Below are positions 50,372-64,000 of a stretch of 64,000 bases of DNA, one piece after another. Numbering within the stretch: the stretch's first letter is position 1; each line of letters opens with the position of its first letter. This stretch comes from Dendrobates tinctorius (taxonomy: Eukaryota). Under the pieces are notes generated by a model. That model was not told the origin of the DNA and did not search any database. It worked only from the letters and a program-made list of their open reading frames with translations. The position numbers and the translations under genes are program-made. The stretch covers positions 4,030,001 to 4,094,000 of the forward strand of contig NW_027362008.1 in NCBI RefSeq assembly GCF_039654945.1, in the 5' to 3' direction.

Positions 50372-53300
50372 GAATCATAGAATCATAGAATCATAGAATC
50401 ATAGAATCGTAGAGTTGGAAGGGACCTCCTGGGCCATCTGGTCCAACCCCCTGCTCAAAGCAGGATTCGCTAAATCATCCCAGTCAGATGTCTGTCCAGC
50501 CTCTGTTTGAAGACTTCCATTGAAGGAGAACACACCACTTCTCGTGGCAGCCTGTTCCACTCATTGATCACTCTAACTGTCAAAAAGTTTTTTCTAATAT
50601 CTAATCTGTGTCTCCTCCCATTCAGTTTCATCCCATTGCTTCTAGTCTTTCCTTGTGCAAATGAGAATAAAGTTGATCCTTCTACAATGTGACAGCCCTT
50701 TAGATATTTGTAGACAGCTATTAAGTCTCCTCTCAGTCTTCTCTTTTGCAAACTAAACATTCCCAAATCCTGCAACCTTTCCTCATAAGACAGGGATTGC
50801 AGACCGGTCACCATTCTGGTCGCTCTTTTCTGAACTTGCTCCAGTTTGTTGATGTCTTTTTTAAAATGTGGTGCCCAAAACTGGACACAATATTCCAGAT
50901 GAGGTCTGACCAAAGAGGAGTAGAGGGAAATAATGACTTCACGTGATCTAGACTGTATGCTTCTGTTAATACATCCTAGAATTGCATTTGCCTTTTTTGC
51001 TGCTGCATCACACTGTTGACTCATTTTCAGTCTGTGATCTATTAGTATACCCAAGTCTTTTTCACATGTGCTGTCACTTAGCCCTATTCCTCCCATTCTA
51101 TATATGCTTTTTTCATTTTTATTGCCCAGATGTAGTACTTTGCATTTCTCCCTGTTAAAAACCATTCTGTTAGTTGCTGCCCACTTCTCCAGTTTATTTA
51201 AATCTTTTTGAATCCTCTCTCTCTCTTCTCTAGTATTAGCTATCCCTCCTAGCTTTGTGTCATCAGCAAATTTAATCAGTTTACCCTCAATTCCTTCATC
51301 TAAATCGTTGATAAAGATGTTGAACAATACAGGGCCCAGGACAGAGCCCTGTGGTACCCCACATGAGACATTCTTCCAACTGGATGTGCAGCCATTTACG
51401 ACCACTCTTTGGGTCCGATCACTAAGCCAGTTATGAATCCACCTAACAGTTGCCTTGTCCATTCCATACTTAGTCATTTTTTCAATAAGGATTGTATGAG
51501 AGACTTTGTCAAATGCTTTGCTGAAGTCAAGATATACTATATCTACAGCATTTCCTTGATCCACCCAATCAGTAATACCATCATAGAAGGAAATTAAGTT
51601 AGTCTGACATGACTTATTAGTTACAAACCCATGCTGACTCTGTTTAATCACTTCATTCTTATCCAGGTATTGACATACAAGTTGTTTAATAATTTGTTCA
51701 AAGATCTTTCCTGGTATAGAAGTCAGACTCACCGGCCTATAGTTGCCTGGGTCCACCTTCTTCCCCTTTTTGAAGATAGGAACAACATTTGCTCTTCTCC
51801 AGTCTTCTGGCACTTCTCCTGTTCTCCAAGAATTTTCAAAGATTATGGAGAGGGGTTCAAAAATTTCTTCTGCTATCTCCTTCAGTACTCTGGGGTGTAA
51901 TTCATCTGGACCTGGAGACTTGAATTCATTTAGGTTAGCTAACTGTTTCCTCACTATCTTTCTGTTTATAGATATCCTGGATTCTTCTATTCCCTTAATA
52001 GGACAGTGAATAACAGTTGATGTTGCATTTCCTTTCTGAGAGAAAGCAGATGCAAAATAGGAATTTAAAAGTTCAGCCTTCTCAACATCCTGTCTTACCA
52101 TTTCATCATTTTCATCCTGTAAAAATCCTATAGCATCTTTGACTTTTCTTTTACTTTTGACATATCCCCAAAATCCTTTATTATTGCTTTTGACATCTCT
52201 TGCAAGCCTCAGTTCATTTTCAGCTTTAGCTAATCTGATTTGTGCCCTGCAGGTTCTGCAGACAGCATTATATTCTTCTTTAGATATGCCTCCCTCTTTC
52301 CATTTTATAAACATTTTTTTCTTCCTTTTAGCATGTGCTTAAGTTCTGTGTTCATCCATCCTGGTTTCCTTAAATGCTTCCTATTCTTCCCTCTTTTCGG
52401 AATTGTTAACAACTGTGCTTTGAGAATTTCATTTTTCAAGATTTCCCATCCTTCCTGGACATTTTTGTCTTTAAGGATATCCAGCCATTGGATCCCTCCA
52501 ATTCTCTTTCTGAATCCCTTAAAATCTGCCTTTCTGAAATCTAACCTTGACGTCTGAGTCTTCACAGGTCTTCCACCTCTAGTAATCCAAAATTCTAAAA
52601 TAGCATGGTCGCTACCTCCTAGGGTCCCAGCCACTTTTACCTCCTCAACCATTTCCTCCCTGTTTATAAGGATTAGATCCAAGGTAGCAGTTCCCCTTGT
52701 TTTCTCCCTTACCTTTTGGAAGATAAAGTTGTCAGCAAGAGAGGATAAGAATTTCCTTGACCTGTTAGTTTTGCCTGAGAGAGATTCCCAACAAATGTCT
52801 GGATAGTTGAAATCTCCCATGACAACTATGTCATATTTTTTGGAGAACTTGGCCATCTGATGCATAAAGAGTTCATCTATATCTTTGGCTTGCACAGGCG
52901 GCCTGTAGTAAATGCCTACAATGGTGTCCTTTCCATTGTTCTGTCCTTGTATTCTTACGCAAACAGTTTCCACAGAACTCCCAGTCTCTGAAGCTTCAAT
53001 CCCTGTGCAGATATACGCGTTTCGAACATACAATGCGACACCCCCTCCTCGTTTATCAAGTCTGTTTCTTGCAAATAAGTTGTATCCTTCTAGTCTTGTA
53101 TTCCAATCATGTGTATTGTCCCACCAAGTTTCAGTGATTCCAATTACATCATATTTCTGTTCCTGTGTTAGTAGTTCCAATTCTCCTTGTTTGTTGCCCA
53201 TGCTTTGTGCATTAGTATAGAAACATTTTAGTTTGTGATTGGTTTCTCTTTCTCCAATATTTTTATTAATTAGATTCTTTCGTCTTTGTTCTTCCTTTCC

Positions 53301-53380
53301 ACTTCTAATAGAAGAGTTCTCAATAGCATTTGTCAGGTGTATGGCTTTTTCTGGTCTTTTGCTTCCCTTCCCATGTTGTT
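50372..53380 (-). mobile_element. CR1-A LINE, near-complete ORF2 with a 1-bp frameshift
   Basis: ORFs 52305-53477 and 50470-52314. Tail x4. Confidence 0.94.
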
Positions 53381-53424
53381 CTTGAGAAATTGAGAATAAT
53401 ATAATAGAAAAAATGTCTTTGTAA

Positions 53425-53804
53425 GGCTGTGTGCCCACATTGCGCTTTTTCAGAGTTTCCGTGGTGATTTTAAACAAGTGATTCTGCCGCTGAAATGCTT
53501 AAGAAAATCATTCCATGTTATCATAATTGATTCCGCACATGTTGTGCTAATGGTGCGTATTTTACCGCTGCGGAATTGCTTAGCGGTAAAAAACACAGCA
53601 TGTTCATTAATTTTGTGGAATCGCATGCGATTATGCATACATACACTTGTATTGCAAAAGCGCATAGGAAATCGCATGTTAAAACATATGACAAATGCAT
53701 CAAAATTGCTAAAATCTTCAAAACTGCATGCGTTTTTCCAGCTAAGGGTGTGCGTTTCTCCTCAGGAATATTCTACTTCAAAACTGCAATGTGGGCACAT
53801 AGCC
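53425..53804. mobile_element. Harbinger-like MITE copy
   Basis: Same TIRs. Confidence 0.78.
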
Positions 53805-54209
53805 TGAAAGTGGCTTTTCTATCCTCTAGTCTGAGTAGATGGCTGTAATTTTTCATTCTGACGTTTGATCCATCATATGATTTTCACTCTGTTCCAGAGT
53901 GAAATTGTATTTTCCTCTTTGGTTGTTTTGTAAAAACTCAACATCAATTTTTACAATTATGGTTCTTTCATTTGCTCCCTTATATAAATGTATATTTCTC
54001 TACTTCTGTACTGTGGCTGCTAAGAAGAATTTACAATATACTGCGTTTGTTCTGCGCAATTGAAATACATTCTCGCCTTTATGCCATGTGGAAATCACAT
54101 TCCTGATTTTAGCCATGTATGTCTTCACTTGTAATTCATTTACGTTAATTAGATATGTTAATTGTCTTTCACTAGTGTTCAGCATATTAGTGCTTTCTCG
54201 AACAATGCC

Positions 54210-54257
54210 TGTTATCATGACTAAGGGTGCTGGGACACCTGAAACGCGTTGATAACA
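54210..54257 (+). ncRNA. Hammerhead-like motif copy
   Basis: Identical to 2970-3017. Confidence 0.62.
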
Positions 54258-55466
54258 CAATCTTATGTACCATTCATGCTGATATTTTATCTATTCACAT
54301 CTGAGTGAATAAAGAATTTGTGTTTTCACTTCTGGATCATGGCTTTTTTGTTACATTAGCCATACCTTTCTTTTCTGGGCAATATAGATGTAAAAGTGTT
54401 TTTTAAGTATCAGTTATATTTGTCAATACACTTTTTAAGTGGAACTTATTAGCATGATTTTATAAGCACTTTTTTGCAAGAGAAATAAAGAAAACAGTAA
54501 TTTTAACATTTATTTGTAGTTTAAAGTTTGTGTTATCTGATTTGCTGAAAAAATAAAGCAGTAACTGCATTCAGTAGGTCAGTACTAATATGGTGCTGGT
54601 AAATTTGTATAATCTTAATAGTTTTTTATGTTTTGTACAATATACACTTTAAAAAAAAACCATTTTTATACTGTTTTACAATTTTTTGTTAGTGGCGTGG
54701 TATGAAGATTTATTTTTGCCTGAAAATCTGTAGCTTTTGTTGTTAACAGTTTGTTGTACATGCAACTTTTTGATCACTTTTACATTATTTAGGAGGCAAA
54801 ATGAAAGAAAAACACGTAAATTCTGAATTTGTTTTAATATTTTTTTAAACCCCAGTCACTGTTGGGTATAACTGTCATGGTATCTTTATTTGGTGGACGA
54901 TATCATCACCATATTCTCATAAACTTCACTTATTTATTTTTCGGTTTATTGTAGGTGACGCTGATTGAGGCTTTGTTTTTGGTTATATATGCCTTTCTAG
55001 TTATTATTTATCTCATTGTTTTGCTGGGAAGCAGAAACAAACAGCTATGAATTGGAAATAGTTGTTATTTTTATGGAGTTCGTCCAGCAGTATAATTGAC
55101 ATGATTACTTTATTCTGTGTGCTGATATGATTATGTTCATATCTAAGAAAATCACAATACATTTTTTATAGCTGTCACATTGTGAGTCAATGCTTTGTAT
55201 TTTTCTGACTGCAGATCTGTATGAGGACATGTTTTTGGGTAACAAACTAGTTATTTTGGTATAGCATCGGGATACATGATTTTTTAATTCAGTTTTTTAG
55301 TGAGGTAAGATGAACAAGAATAGCAAGTTTAGCAGTTTCTCACTTTTCCCCTCATACGGCATTGATCATGCACAATAAATGATAAGATTGTTTTATAACA
55401 TGGGTCAGATCAGCAAAATTCAAAATCGCTTAACTGTTTGGATTTTCCCAATTAATTTGATTTTCA

Positions 55467-57752
55467 TAGAATCATAGAATCATAGAATCGTAGAGTTGGA
55501 AGGGACCTCCTGGGCCATCTGGTCCAACCCCCTGCTCAAAGCAGGATTCGCTAAATCATCCCTGTTAGATGTCTGTCCAGCCTCTGTTTGAAGACTTCCA
55601 TTGAAGGAGAACTCACCACTTCTCGTGGCAGCCTGTTCCACTCATTGATCACTCTAACTGTCAAAAAGTTTTTTCTAATATCTAATCTGTGTCTCCTCCC
55701 ATTCAGCTTCATCCCATTGCTTCTAGTCTTTCCTTGTGCAAATGAGAATAAAGTTGATCCTTCTACAATGTGACAGCCCTTTAGATATTTGTAGACAGCT
55801 ATTAAGTCTCCTCTCAGTCTTCTCTTTTGCAAACTAAACATTCCCAAATCCTGCAACCTTTCCTCATAAGACAGGGTTTGCAGACCGGTCACCATTCTGG
55901 TCGCTCTTTTCTGAACTTGCTCCAGTTTGTTGATGTCTTTTTTAAAATGTGGTGCCCAAAATTGGACACAATATTCCAGATGAGGTCTGACCAAAGAGGA
56001 GTAGAGGGAAATAATTACTTCACGTGATCTAGACTGTATGCTTCTGTTAATACATCCTAGAATTGCATTTGCCTTTTTTGCTGCTGCATCACACTGTTGA
56101 CTCATATTCAGTCTGTGATCTATTAGTATACCCAAGTCTTTTTCACATGTGCTGTCACTTAGCCCTATTCCTCCCATTCTATATATGCTTTTTTCATTTA
56201 TATTGCCCAGATGTAGTACTTTGCATTTCTCCCTGTTAAAAACCATTCTGTTAGTTGCTGCCCACTTCTCCAGTTTATTTAAATCTTTTTGAATCCTCTC
56301 TCTCTCTTCTCTAGTATTAGCTATCCCTCCTAGCTTTGTGTCATCAGCAAATTTAATCAGTTTACCCTCAATTCCTTCATCTAAATCGTTGATAAAGATG
56401 TTGAACAATACAGGGCCCAGGACAGAGCCCTGTGGTACCCCACTTGAGACATTCTTCCAACTGGATGTGCAGCCATTTACGACCACTCTTTGGGTCCGAT
56501 CACTAAGCCAGTTATGAATCCACCTAACAGTTGCCTTGTCCATTCCATACTTAGTCATTTTTTCAATAAGGATTGTATGAGAGACTTTGTCAAATGCTTT
56601 GCTGAAGTCAAGATATACTATATCTACAGCATTTCCTTGATCCACCCAATCAGTGATACCGTCATAGAAGGAAATTAAATTAGTCTGACCTGACTTATTA
56701 TTTACAAACCCATGCTGACTCTGTTTAATCACTTCATTCTTATCCAAGTATTGACATACATGTTGTTTAATAATTTGTTCAAAGATCTTTCCTGGTATAG
56801 AAGTCAGACTCACCGGCCTATAGTTGCCTGGGTCCACCTTCTTCCCCTTTTTGAAGATAGGAACAACATTTGCTCTTCTCCAGTCTTCTGGCACTTCTCC
56901 TATTCTCCAAGAATTTTCAAAGATTATGGAGAGGGGTTCAAAAATTTCTTCTGCTATCTCCTTCAGTACTCTGGGGTGTAATTCATCTGGACCTGGAGAC
57001 TTGAATTCATTTAGGTTAGCTAACTGTTTCCTCACTATCTTTCTGTTTATAGATATCCTGGATTCTTCTATTCCCTTAATAGGACAGTGAATAACAGTTG
57101 ATGTTACATTTCCTTTCTGAGAGAAAACAGATGCAAAATAGGAATTTAAAAGTTCAGCCTTCTCAACATCCTGTCTTACCATTTCATCATTTTCATCCTG
57201 TAAAAATCCTATAGCATCTTTGACTTTTCTTTTACTTTTGACATATCCCCAAAATCCTTTATTATTGCTTTTGACATCTCTTGCAAGTCTCAATTCATTT
57301 TCAGCTTTAGATAATCTGATTTGTGCCCTGCAGGTTCTGCAGACAGCATTATATTCTTCTTTAGATATGCCTCCCTCTTTCCATTTTATAAACATTTTTT
57401 TCTTCCTTTTTAGCATGTGCTTAAGTTCTGTGTTCATCCATCCTGGTTTCCTTAAATGCTTCCTATTCTTCCCTCTTTTCGGAATTGTTAACAACTGTGC
57501 TTTGAGAATTTCATTTTTCAAGATTTCCCATCCTTCCTGGACATTTTTGTCTTTAAGGATATCCAGCCATTGGATCCCTCCAATTCTCTTTCTGAATCCC
57601 TTAAAATCTGCCTTTCTGAAATCTAACGTTGACGTCTGAGTCTTCACAGGTCTTCCGCCTCTAGTTATCCAAAATTCTAAAATAGCATGGTCGCTACCTC
57701 CTAGGGTCCCAGCCACTTTTACCTCCTCAACCATTTCCTCCCTGTTTATAAG
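55467..57752 (-). mobile_element. CR1-B LINE, 5'-truncated, TSD GATTTTCA
   Basis: ORF 55551-57734. TSD at 55459-55466 and 57753-57760. Tail x3. Confidence 0.95.
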
Positions 57753-59371
57753 GATTTTCAGAGAAGTTATTCTCCATGAATTGAGTATCGCTGATTATGT
57801 ACTGGAATCTCTCCATGCTGATATTTTATCGTCTTTTCAAATCTGAGTGAACAAAGAATTTGTTTTTTCACTTCATCGTTAAGCTAGGTCATCTCTTTTT
57901 TGGATTTTTTTATTCCAAGACATGGCAGTTCTGTGCTCAGAGCTTCATGATCTATTAACGCTGTGAGATGGATTGTTTTATATGTCTAATGTAACGCAAC
58001 AAGTATAAAAATGTTTTATAGTGAAGGTCAAAACTGGCTCCAGTATGTAACAATAAAGCTCATAAAGCTAAATTTATAAACCTTTCCAAAAATAAAATGA
58101 GATTGGCGTACAAAATCAGCTCATCAAATAAGGAAATTCTCCCATTACACTAAAAATAAATTTGCAGAAACTGGTACATGACCTGTACCCATAGCGGTGC
58201 CATTTACTTGGTGGAAAGGGATGAAATTAAAAATAAAATCATTTGAGTCAACTAAACATCCAATAATATTTTAAAACAAACCTGTTTTGTGACTAAAAAC
58301 AGATCTGCTCATCTCTCATCAGTACATGGGTGGTAGAGGTTAGCAGTGAAACAATAGAAATTTATTTAGATGCATTTACATTGTTACATGATATGAATAC
58401 AGTTATGTTAGATGTCTTGTGACTACAGGTAAATGTTCTTTACCCAATTTAATAAAAAAATCTACTTACATCCAAATCTTCATTTCACTTGACCAAATAG
58501 TGAGATGTTGATGTAATTATCCTTTACAGAAACCTCTTGATTATGTCTTCTGCTGACATACTCACACTTTTTAAAGACATGTTTTTATTCAATATTGGCT
58601 CGTTCACCCGTCTTAATCTAAAGTCACTGGATGCTTCTATAATTAAATGTAAATAAAAAAAAAGAAGGGGTTACCAGATATGAAGATGCTATGCTACTGT
58701 GAAAGTAACGTGGCAAATGCATTTCCAGTAGATGTAAAAACAGTAAATTTCTGAAGATCATAAAAAAATAGACATCAATCAGCTATAAAAAGCTAACACA
58801 TGTATTACATTCTTCAATATGTTGTACACTTGGACGGGATGGCCATGGGGGTGGCATTCACGCCAAATAAGTATCAACACAATATCTCAGTGCAATTTTG
58901 CACATCTTTAATATTGTATAAAATATAGAAAGCCACTTCTACTAGATGTCTAATAGCATGTAAATGAAGACTGTTATAGCTCCCATTTACATGAATTACA
59001 CACGTATATACAAGATGTATGAAGCATGGAACACCTTACTATATTAATAAATAATACAATTGAGCAATTTGAAGCAAACACTGCACTCAGCAGCTATTAA
59101 TCAGGTAATCATAGCAGTGGCCCTAACAATTTCAATACCATGGTCATTGCATATTTTAGAAATTTTGTCTCTTGACTTCATGAAACTATCATGAAATAAT
59201 ACAATGAATAACATTTCTCTCTTTAGTTTACCTAATTATCAGCACAATGGTGAATAGTATCACAGGGCACCACAGGAAATTTCTATCCCTTTGTGTTGTC
59301 CCAAACCAGCATTCTCCCTGGAGAGATTTATAAATGTCAGTTTATATGTAAATGGAGACAGTAAGTCTTGG

Positions 59372-59590
59372 CCAATGACAATATCCCACTAATTAACAAC
59401 CCCCTGCTCTTCCCAGATATAAACTGTTTCCTCCTCTCAGTGACATCTACTTCACTCCAGGTATTATTTGTGGTCAGAACTGGCCTCTGAGGAGCATCAA
59501 GCTGTAGACTTGTTGGTGTACAGGAGGAGTTCAGCACCGACTATCATCTCTTTCAGTAGCAGTAGACATCTTCAATCTCCATCTACAAAG
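59372..59590 (+). promoter_or_regulatory. Putative kinase promoter and non-coding exon 1, copy 4
   Basis: Copy of 13257-13475. Confidence 0.58.
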
Positions 59591-59811
59591 GTGAATATAT
59601 GATAAGTATAGCACAGCATATAGTAGATGGTATTACTGCAGATCCCTGGGGAATTATGCAATGCTGGAACATTATTACAGTGACTGCACACTATTATACA
59701 ATTGTGCATTTCTAGTCGCAGTTTACACAAGGTGATTACAGTATGTTATTATGGGTCTCAAAGATGTTTCATGCTTTATTCAATGCCATATCTCATTTCA
59801 TTTTATTCAGA

Positions 59812-61460
59812 ATGGCCACCAACATCAAGGAAGCAAGCAAGAACACGGCAAAACACCTTCTTCATCTGATATCAGAAACTTCCAAGAACCTGAAGATGAT
59901 GGAAGTGACTGACCACTTTGAACTTTTGCTAGAACTTGGGACTGGATCTTTTGGAAATGTACACATGGGAAAACACAAACATTCAGGTGAGATGATGATG
60001 ATGGATGATGACTATGAAGATGACTGAGCCATCAGGGTGGTTTTAGATGAATGTGAAAGATGAAATTGAAATCTGCTTGTACCCTGACAAACTGTACTTG
60101 TTAACAATCATTAAGTATGACCCTAGTTGTATCCTATCTACAACGTGTCATTAGTATTCTGCACCACTACCCTCTAGTCTTATGAATGCTCCTGTGTAAA
60201 GTGATTGATCAGGTTGTTTATATGGTTTTAAAAGTGTTATGGAATATGATGAGGATGAACATTAACAATTATAATGTTTATTCAACAGGACAGACCGTGG
60301 CAATTAAAATGATGGCAAAGAAGAAGACTCCAGAAGACAATTTCTTTCTGGAATATTGCATTTCACAAACCCTCAGCATTCATCGGAACATCATATTTAC
60401 TCACGACATCTTCTTCCATACCAGTAGGGATTTTGTGTTTGTTCAGGAAGTGGCACCGGCCGGAAATCTCCAGTCCATCCTTGTACCTAAAGTAAGATCT
60501 TAAGCTGTTCTCCACTTTTACATATTCAAGCATTATTCATACTGCTGAAGAAAAAAATTAGTGGTCTTTATTGTAGATCTGACATCTAACATTACCCTAT
60601 TTCCTCAGATTTAATAAACTCATATTTCTGTAAGTAGCAGTATGGGAACCCATAATTAGGCAGGTTTAGGTTGTATGAGTATGTGTGAGCTAGTAACATC
60701 CTCTATGTGAGAGATATTTAATTTTTAGTGGAAATCTCACATTATAGAGGATATCTGATTAATAGCAGAGTAGAACTGATGTCTGCAGGAATTATATCTA
60801 CTAGTAGAAGATATCTATAAGTCTTCTGTTCTTTTATATCAGATATGTTTTCCCTTCTGCTGTTCAGCTGTGTAATCTTCTGTGTTGTCTTTTTCTTAGG
60901 TCGGCATGCAGGAGGACATGTTGAAGCGTTGTGTTCCTCAGATCGCCAGTGCTCTGGACTTTATGCATAACAGAGGAATGGTTCATCGGGATATCAAGCC
61001 GAATAATATTCTTCTGATGGATGCAGAATGTCACTGGATAAAGCTGGCAGACTTTGGACTCACCAGGCTCCAGGGCACATTTGTTCCTTTTGTGCCCTGG
61101 TATAAACCCTACACTGCTCCAGAGCTCTGCTGCCTTAGACCAGGAGAACAGTTGTTGCTACATCCTAGTCTTGATGTCTGGGCTTTTGGTGTAGTCATTT
61201 ATTATGCTCTTTCTGGACTCTTTCCTTGGCATGGGGCAAAACGCGGTGATCGAGATTATAAAGAGTTTGCCTGGTGGCAGGTTGGAAGGGATCTGTCAAA
61301 AGCTCCAAAAAAGTGGAAGAAAATTTCAGTGGAGGCCAGAGTAATGTTCTGGGAACTGCTTCAAATAAATGCCTCTAAGAGAGGCTCGGCCATTGACATT
61401 CTAAAATTTATGCACTTGCCATGGAAAGCCGAGGAATGTTCAGAGACCGAAGCAACCTGA
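59812..61460 (+). CDS. SBK1-like serine/threonine kinase, copy 4, 312 aa, intact
   Basis: Exons 59812-59986, 60289-60491 and 60900-61460. The protein is identical to copy 1. Confidence 0.92.
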
Positions 61461-61551
61461 TATTTTGAATCTATGACAAACTGCAATATGATATTTGTTT
61501 TTTTAATCAATAATGTCTACAAAGCAGACTGTGAACTATTGTAAATAGCTC

Positions 61552-61565
61552 AATAAATGAATAAA
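61552..61565 (+). terminator. Tandem AATAAA signals, kinase copy 4
   Basis: Same as copy 1. Confidence 0.62.
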
Positions 61566-62581
61566 ACAGACTTGAATCTTACTAAAGTTTATCTCGAGAA
61601 AAACAGAAAAAAATATAGAAGTTACGGGTATACGAACATGGGACACTCCCAAAACATTTTTTAAGTCAGTTTTTTTCATAAAAGTAACAAAACATAAAAA
61701 GTGATATAGAAAAGGAATTGTCATGGTATTGCTATTCACATTCTACATATTTCACATTGACATGCTTTAGCACTACAGAGTGCATCTTTTTTGTTTATTG
61801 AAAATGAAGGTAACTGCAGCTAGTTGGCTCCTGTTCACATTAGCTTGGAAGTGCCAGTCTTTTTGTCACTAAAAAAATAATACTGGTACTTTATTCCCAA
61901 ATTTGATAAATATGCTGAGCCTCCATCTTGCTATTTGCACTGGATATTATGCCCATTGGTTAAGAAAACTCCCTTGGTTATACAGGACTCAAGATTTTTT
62001 ACAAATACAGGATGATTTTGATTGACAAGAATTATTGCAGCTGGTGACAATCCTTGTGCTTTTGCTTTGCACACAATTCCTTTCAATTTGCAGGACCCTG
62101 GTATAACCAGGCAGCTGATACAGCAATGGATTCACCAGTTGCCGTGACTTGTATACTGTATATATTTTTTGGAGAAAGATACTTAATTTGAACAATCCAT
62201 TTCTATTACATATCAAATTATTCTTACAATTTAAAGACAATATTCTTATAGTAAGAAGAGATGTGTCTTTTACTTTTTGGAAAGCATGCAGTAAAAAATA
62301 AAATCATTATGAGTCAGCACAAATTCTAATAATTTGAAAACAAAACTCTTGAGTGACTGAATATGATTGCCCTTTGTGCTCAAAAATATTTTACTGCCTG
62401 AGTTCCCAATTCATAACAGATTCTGGTATAAAATGTCTCAATGTAAAGTCTCACTATCATTCTTGTGGGTGGCCAGGACTTCCAGCATCACCAGACCTCT
62501 GACTTCACTGTGCCTTTGTTGGGAAAAAACTTGGCACTCATAGTAAAATCAGAGGATTTTATATTTGAATTTATTTAACAT

Positions 62582-63605
62582 TGTCGGAGAAGAGATTTCT
62601 ATTTCTACTTGGGTAGTTTCTGTCTTATGGGTACCCATGCAATGAAGCATAATGAGAGAGACAGACTGCTCGCTGTGTTTCCAAATCGTCTCTAAGGTTT
62701 ATTGACAGTGTGAACTTTTATAGAACAAGATCAAAAAGAAATGAAGAATACATAAGAATTGGCAAAATAGAAAGGGAGGTTACACAATCGTTGACATAAA
62801 AAGATAGGTTATACAATGAGTTGTCAACCACATCCTCGGACACAAGATAAAATTAAATGAAAAATGACAGGAATACAGGGGTGCTTTCCAAAAGTCAATG
62901 TGCTCTAAGTTAATAGTCATGAGTTCATATTCAAAAGATATTTTTCTAAAAAGATGTTAGAACATTTCACCTCAAAAGGGAAGAGAATGCATGTCCTTCA
63001 GATTTTCTGGGAATTGTAGGAACTGACCATTAGCCATAGGACTGTGACCACATAGACAGATGATAACTGGATGTCACGACTAGTGACGAGTTCGCTGCCG
63101 AGCCAACACCTCCACGTCGACGACCACGACGATGTGGGGTGAGCGTCCCAAGTGGGGATGGAATGTGGACCCACTGAACCACAGGGGGGACCCAGGCCTA
63201 CCCAGACTAGGGAAGAGTAGCAACCGGGGTCTGTGGCAGCTGAGCATGTGGACGAGGAGGCAGAATGACATGACACCGCACACTTCAGGTATAGACATAA
63301 AGTTTACTTGAACAAGACATGGTACATAAACGAAACAGTTATGCAAGGCTCCCGGTTCCGCACATCAGGGAAGGGTACATGTCTCAGGATAACAGAAGAA
63401 AGGCAGGAGGTCATTACGGGTTGAGCAGTCCAGGGTTGTCTGGCATGGGTATACTAGGGCGGCCTCTTCCTCAGTCCTCAGGGGTAGCAAAGGGTCACCA
63501 GGAGAATATCAGACACCGACCACAAACAGACTTCAGAAAATGGCAGGCATTGTCTGACATTTCAATCACATCCATACACGCAGTACTTCTGTATTCTCCC
63601 GCTAC
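62582..63605 (-). mobile_element. Putative solo LTR copy
   Basis: Copy of 16468-17491. Confidence 0.5.
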
Positions 63606-64000
63606 CCGTATTTTATCAAAAAAGCTCTAATGCCAATGGACAAAAACATAAATCTTATCTATTTATAGAAACTCTTGGTTGGTTCACTATATCCTCTAAT
63701 TAGTGTCCTATCTGAGTACCCGGTTGCATACAAAAAAATTGAGCAATTATATTCACATATTGTCTTCACGTGATTTTCCCACTTCATTACAAACTCCCAC
63801 CCGGTTCCTTCCATTAGGTTTTTCCAAGGAGCAACTAACCAGAGAGTTTTATCTTAATCGCTGCTTTGAGCAACAAAAAGGCTGTTTATACACTGAGCAC
63901 ACATCATTTAGTCTCCATACATCAACAGAGCTGCTTTACAGTAGTACGAAATGAATATGTTGAAGTGTATTTTCCTGGGCCCAACCAGTATGTGGGTACC

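Larger units (their letters stand above)
50372..64000. repeat. Tandem segmental-duplication unit 4 (runs off the window end)
   Basis: Same content as units 1 and 2. Has a private ~30-bp deletion near 58058. Confidence 0.95.

Overview
Vertebrate genomic DNA, probably amphibian (anuran), judged from the repeat types. The window is a young tandem array of ~14-16 kb units that look ~99% identical by eye. Each unit carries one compact, spliced SBK1-like (NKF1 family) Ser/Thr kinase gene on the + strand: 3 coding exons, 312 aa, plus a predicted non-coding first exon. Four copies are present (ATG at 13697, 29861, 43686, 59812). Copy 2 has a K70* nonsense change and copy 3 has F296C. The kinase keeps all catalytic motifs but has an unusual activation/P+1 loop (FVPWYKPYTAPE instead of SBK1's RVSGTIPYTAPE). 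The rest of each unit is a transposon mosaic: two young 5'-truncated CR1 LINEs (A and B, minus strand, (ATTCTATG)n tails), a decayed Penelope-like RT/GIY-YIG fragment, a Penelope pLTR-like segment with a minimal type-I hammerhead-ribozyme-like fold with a non-canonical core, a 380-bp Harbinger-like MITE, a putative ~1-kb solo LTR and a hAT-like end. The array records its own history. CR1-B has an 8-bp TSD and is absent from unit 3, which has a clean empty site. A chimeric B/A CR1 marks an unequal crossover that made a 5,088-bp tandem duplication. Each kinase cassette is bracketed by a ~413-bp inverted repeat that abuts the Penelope ORF.
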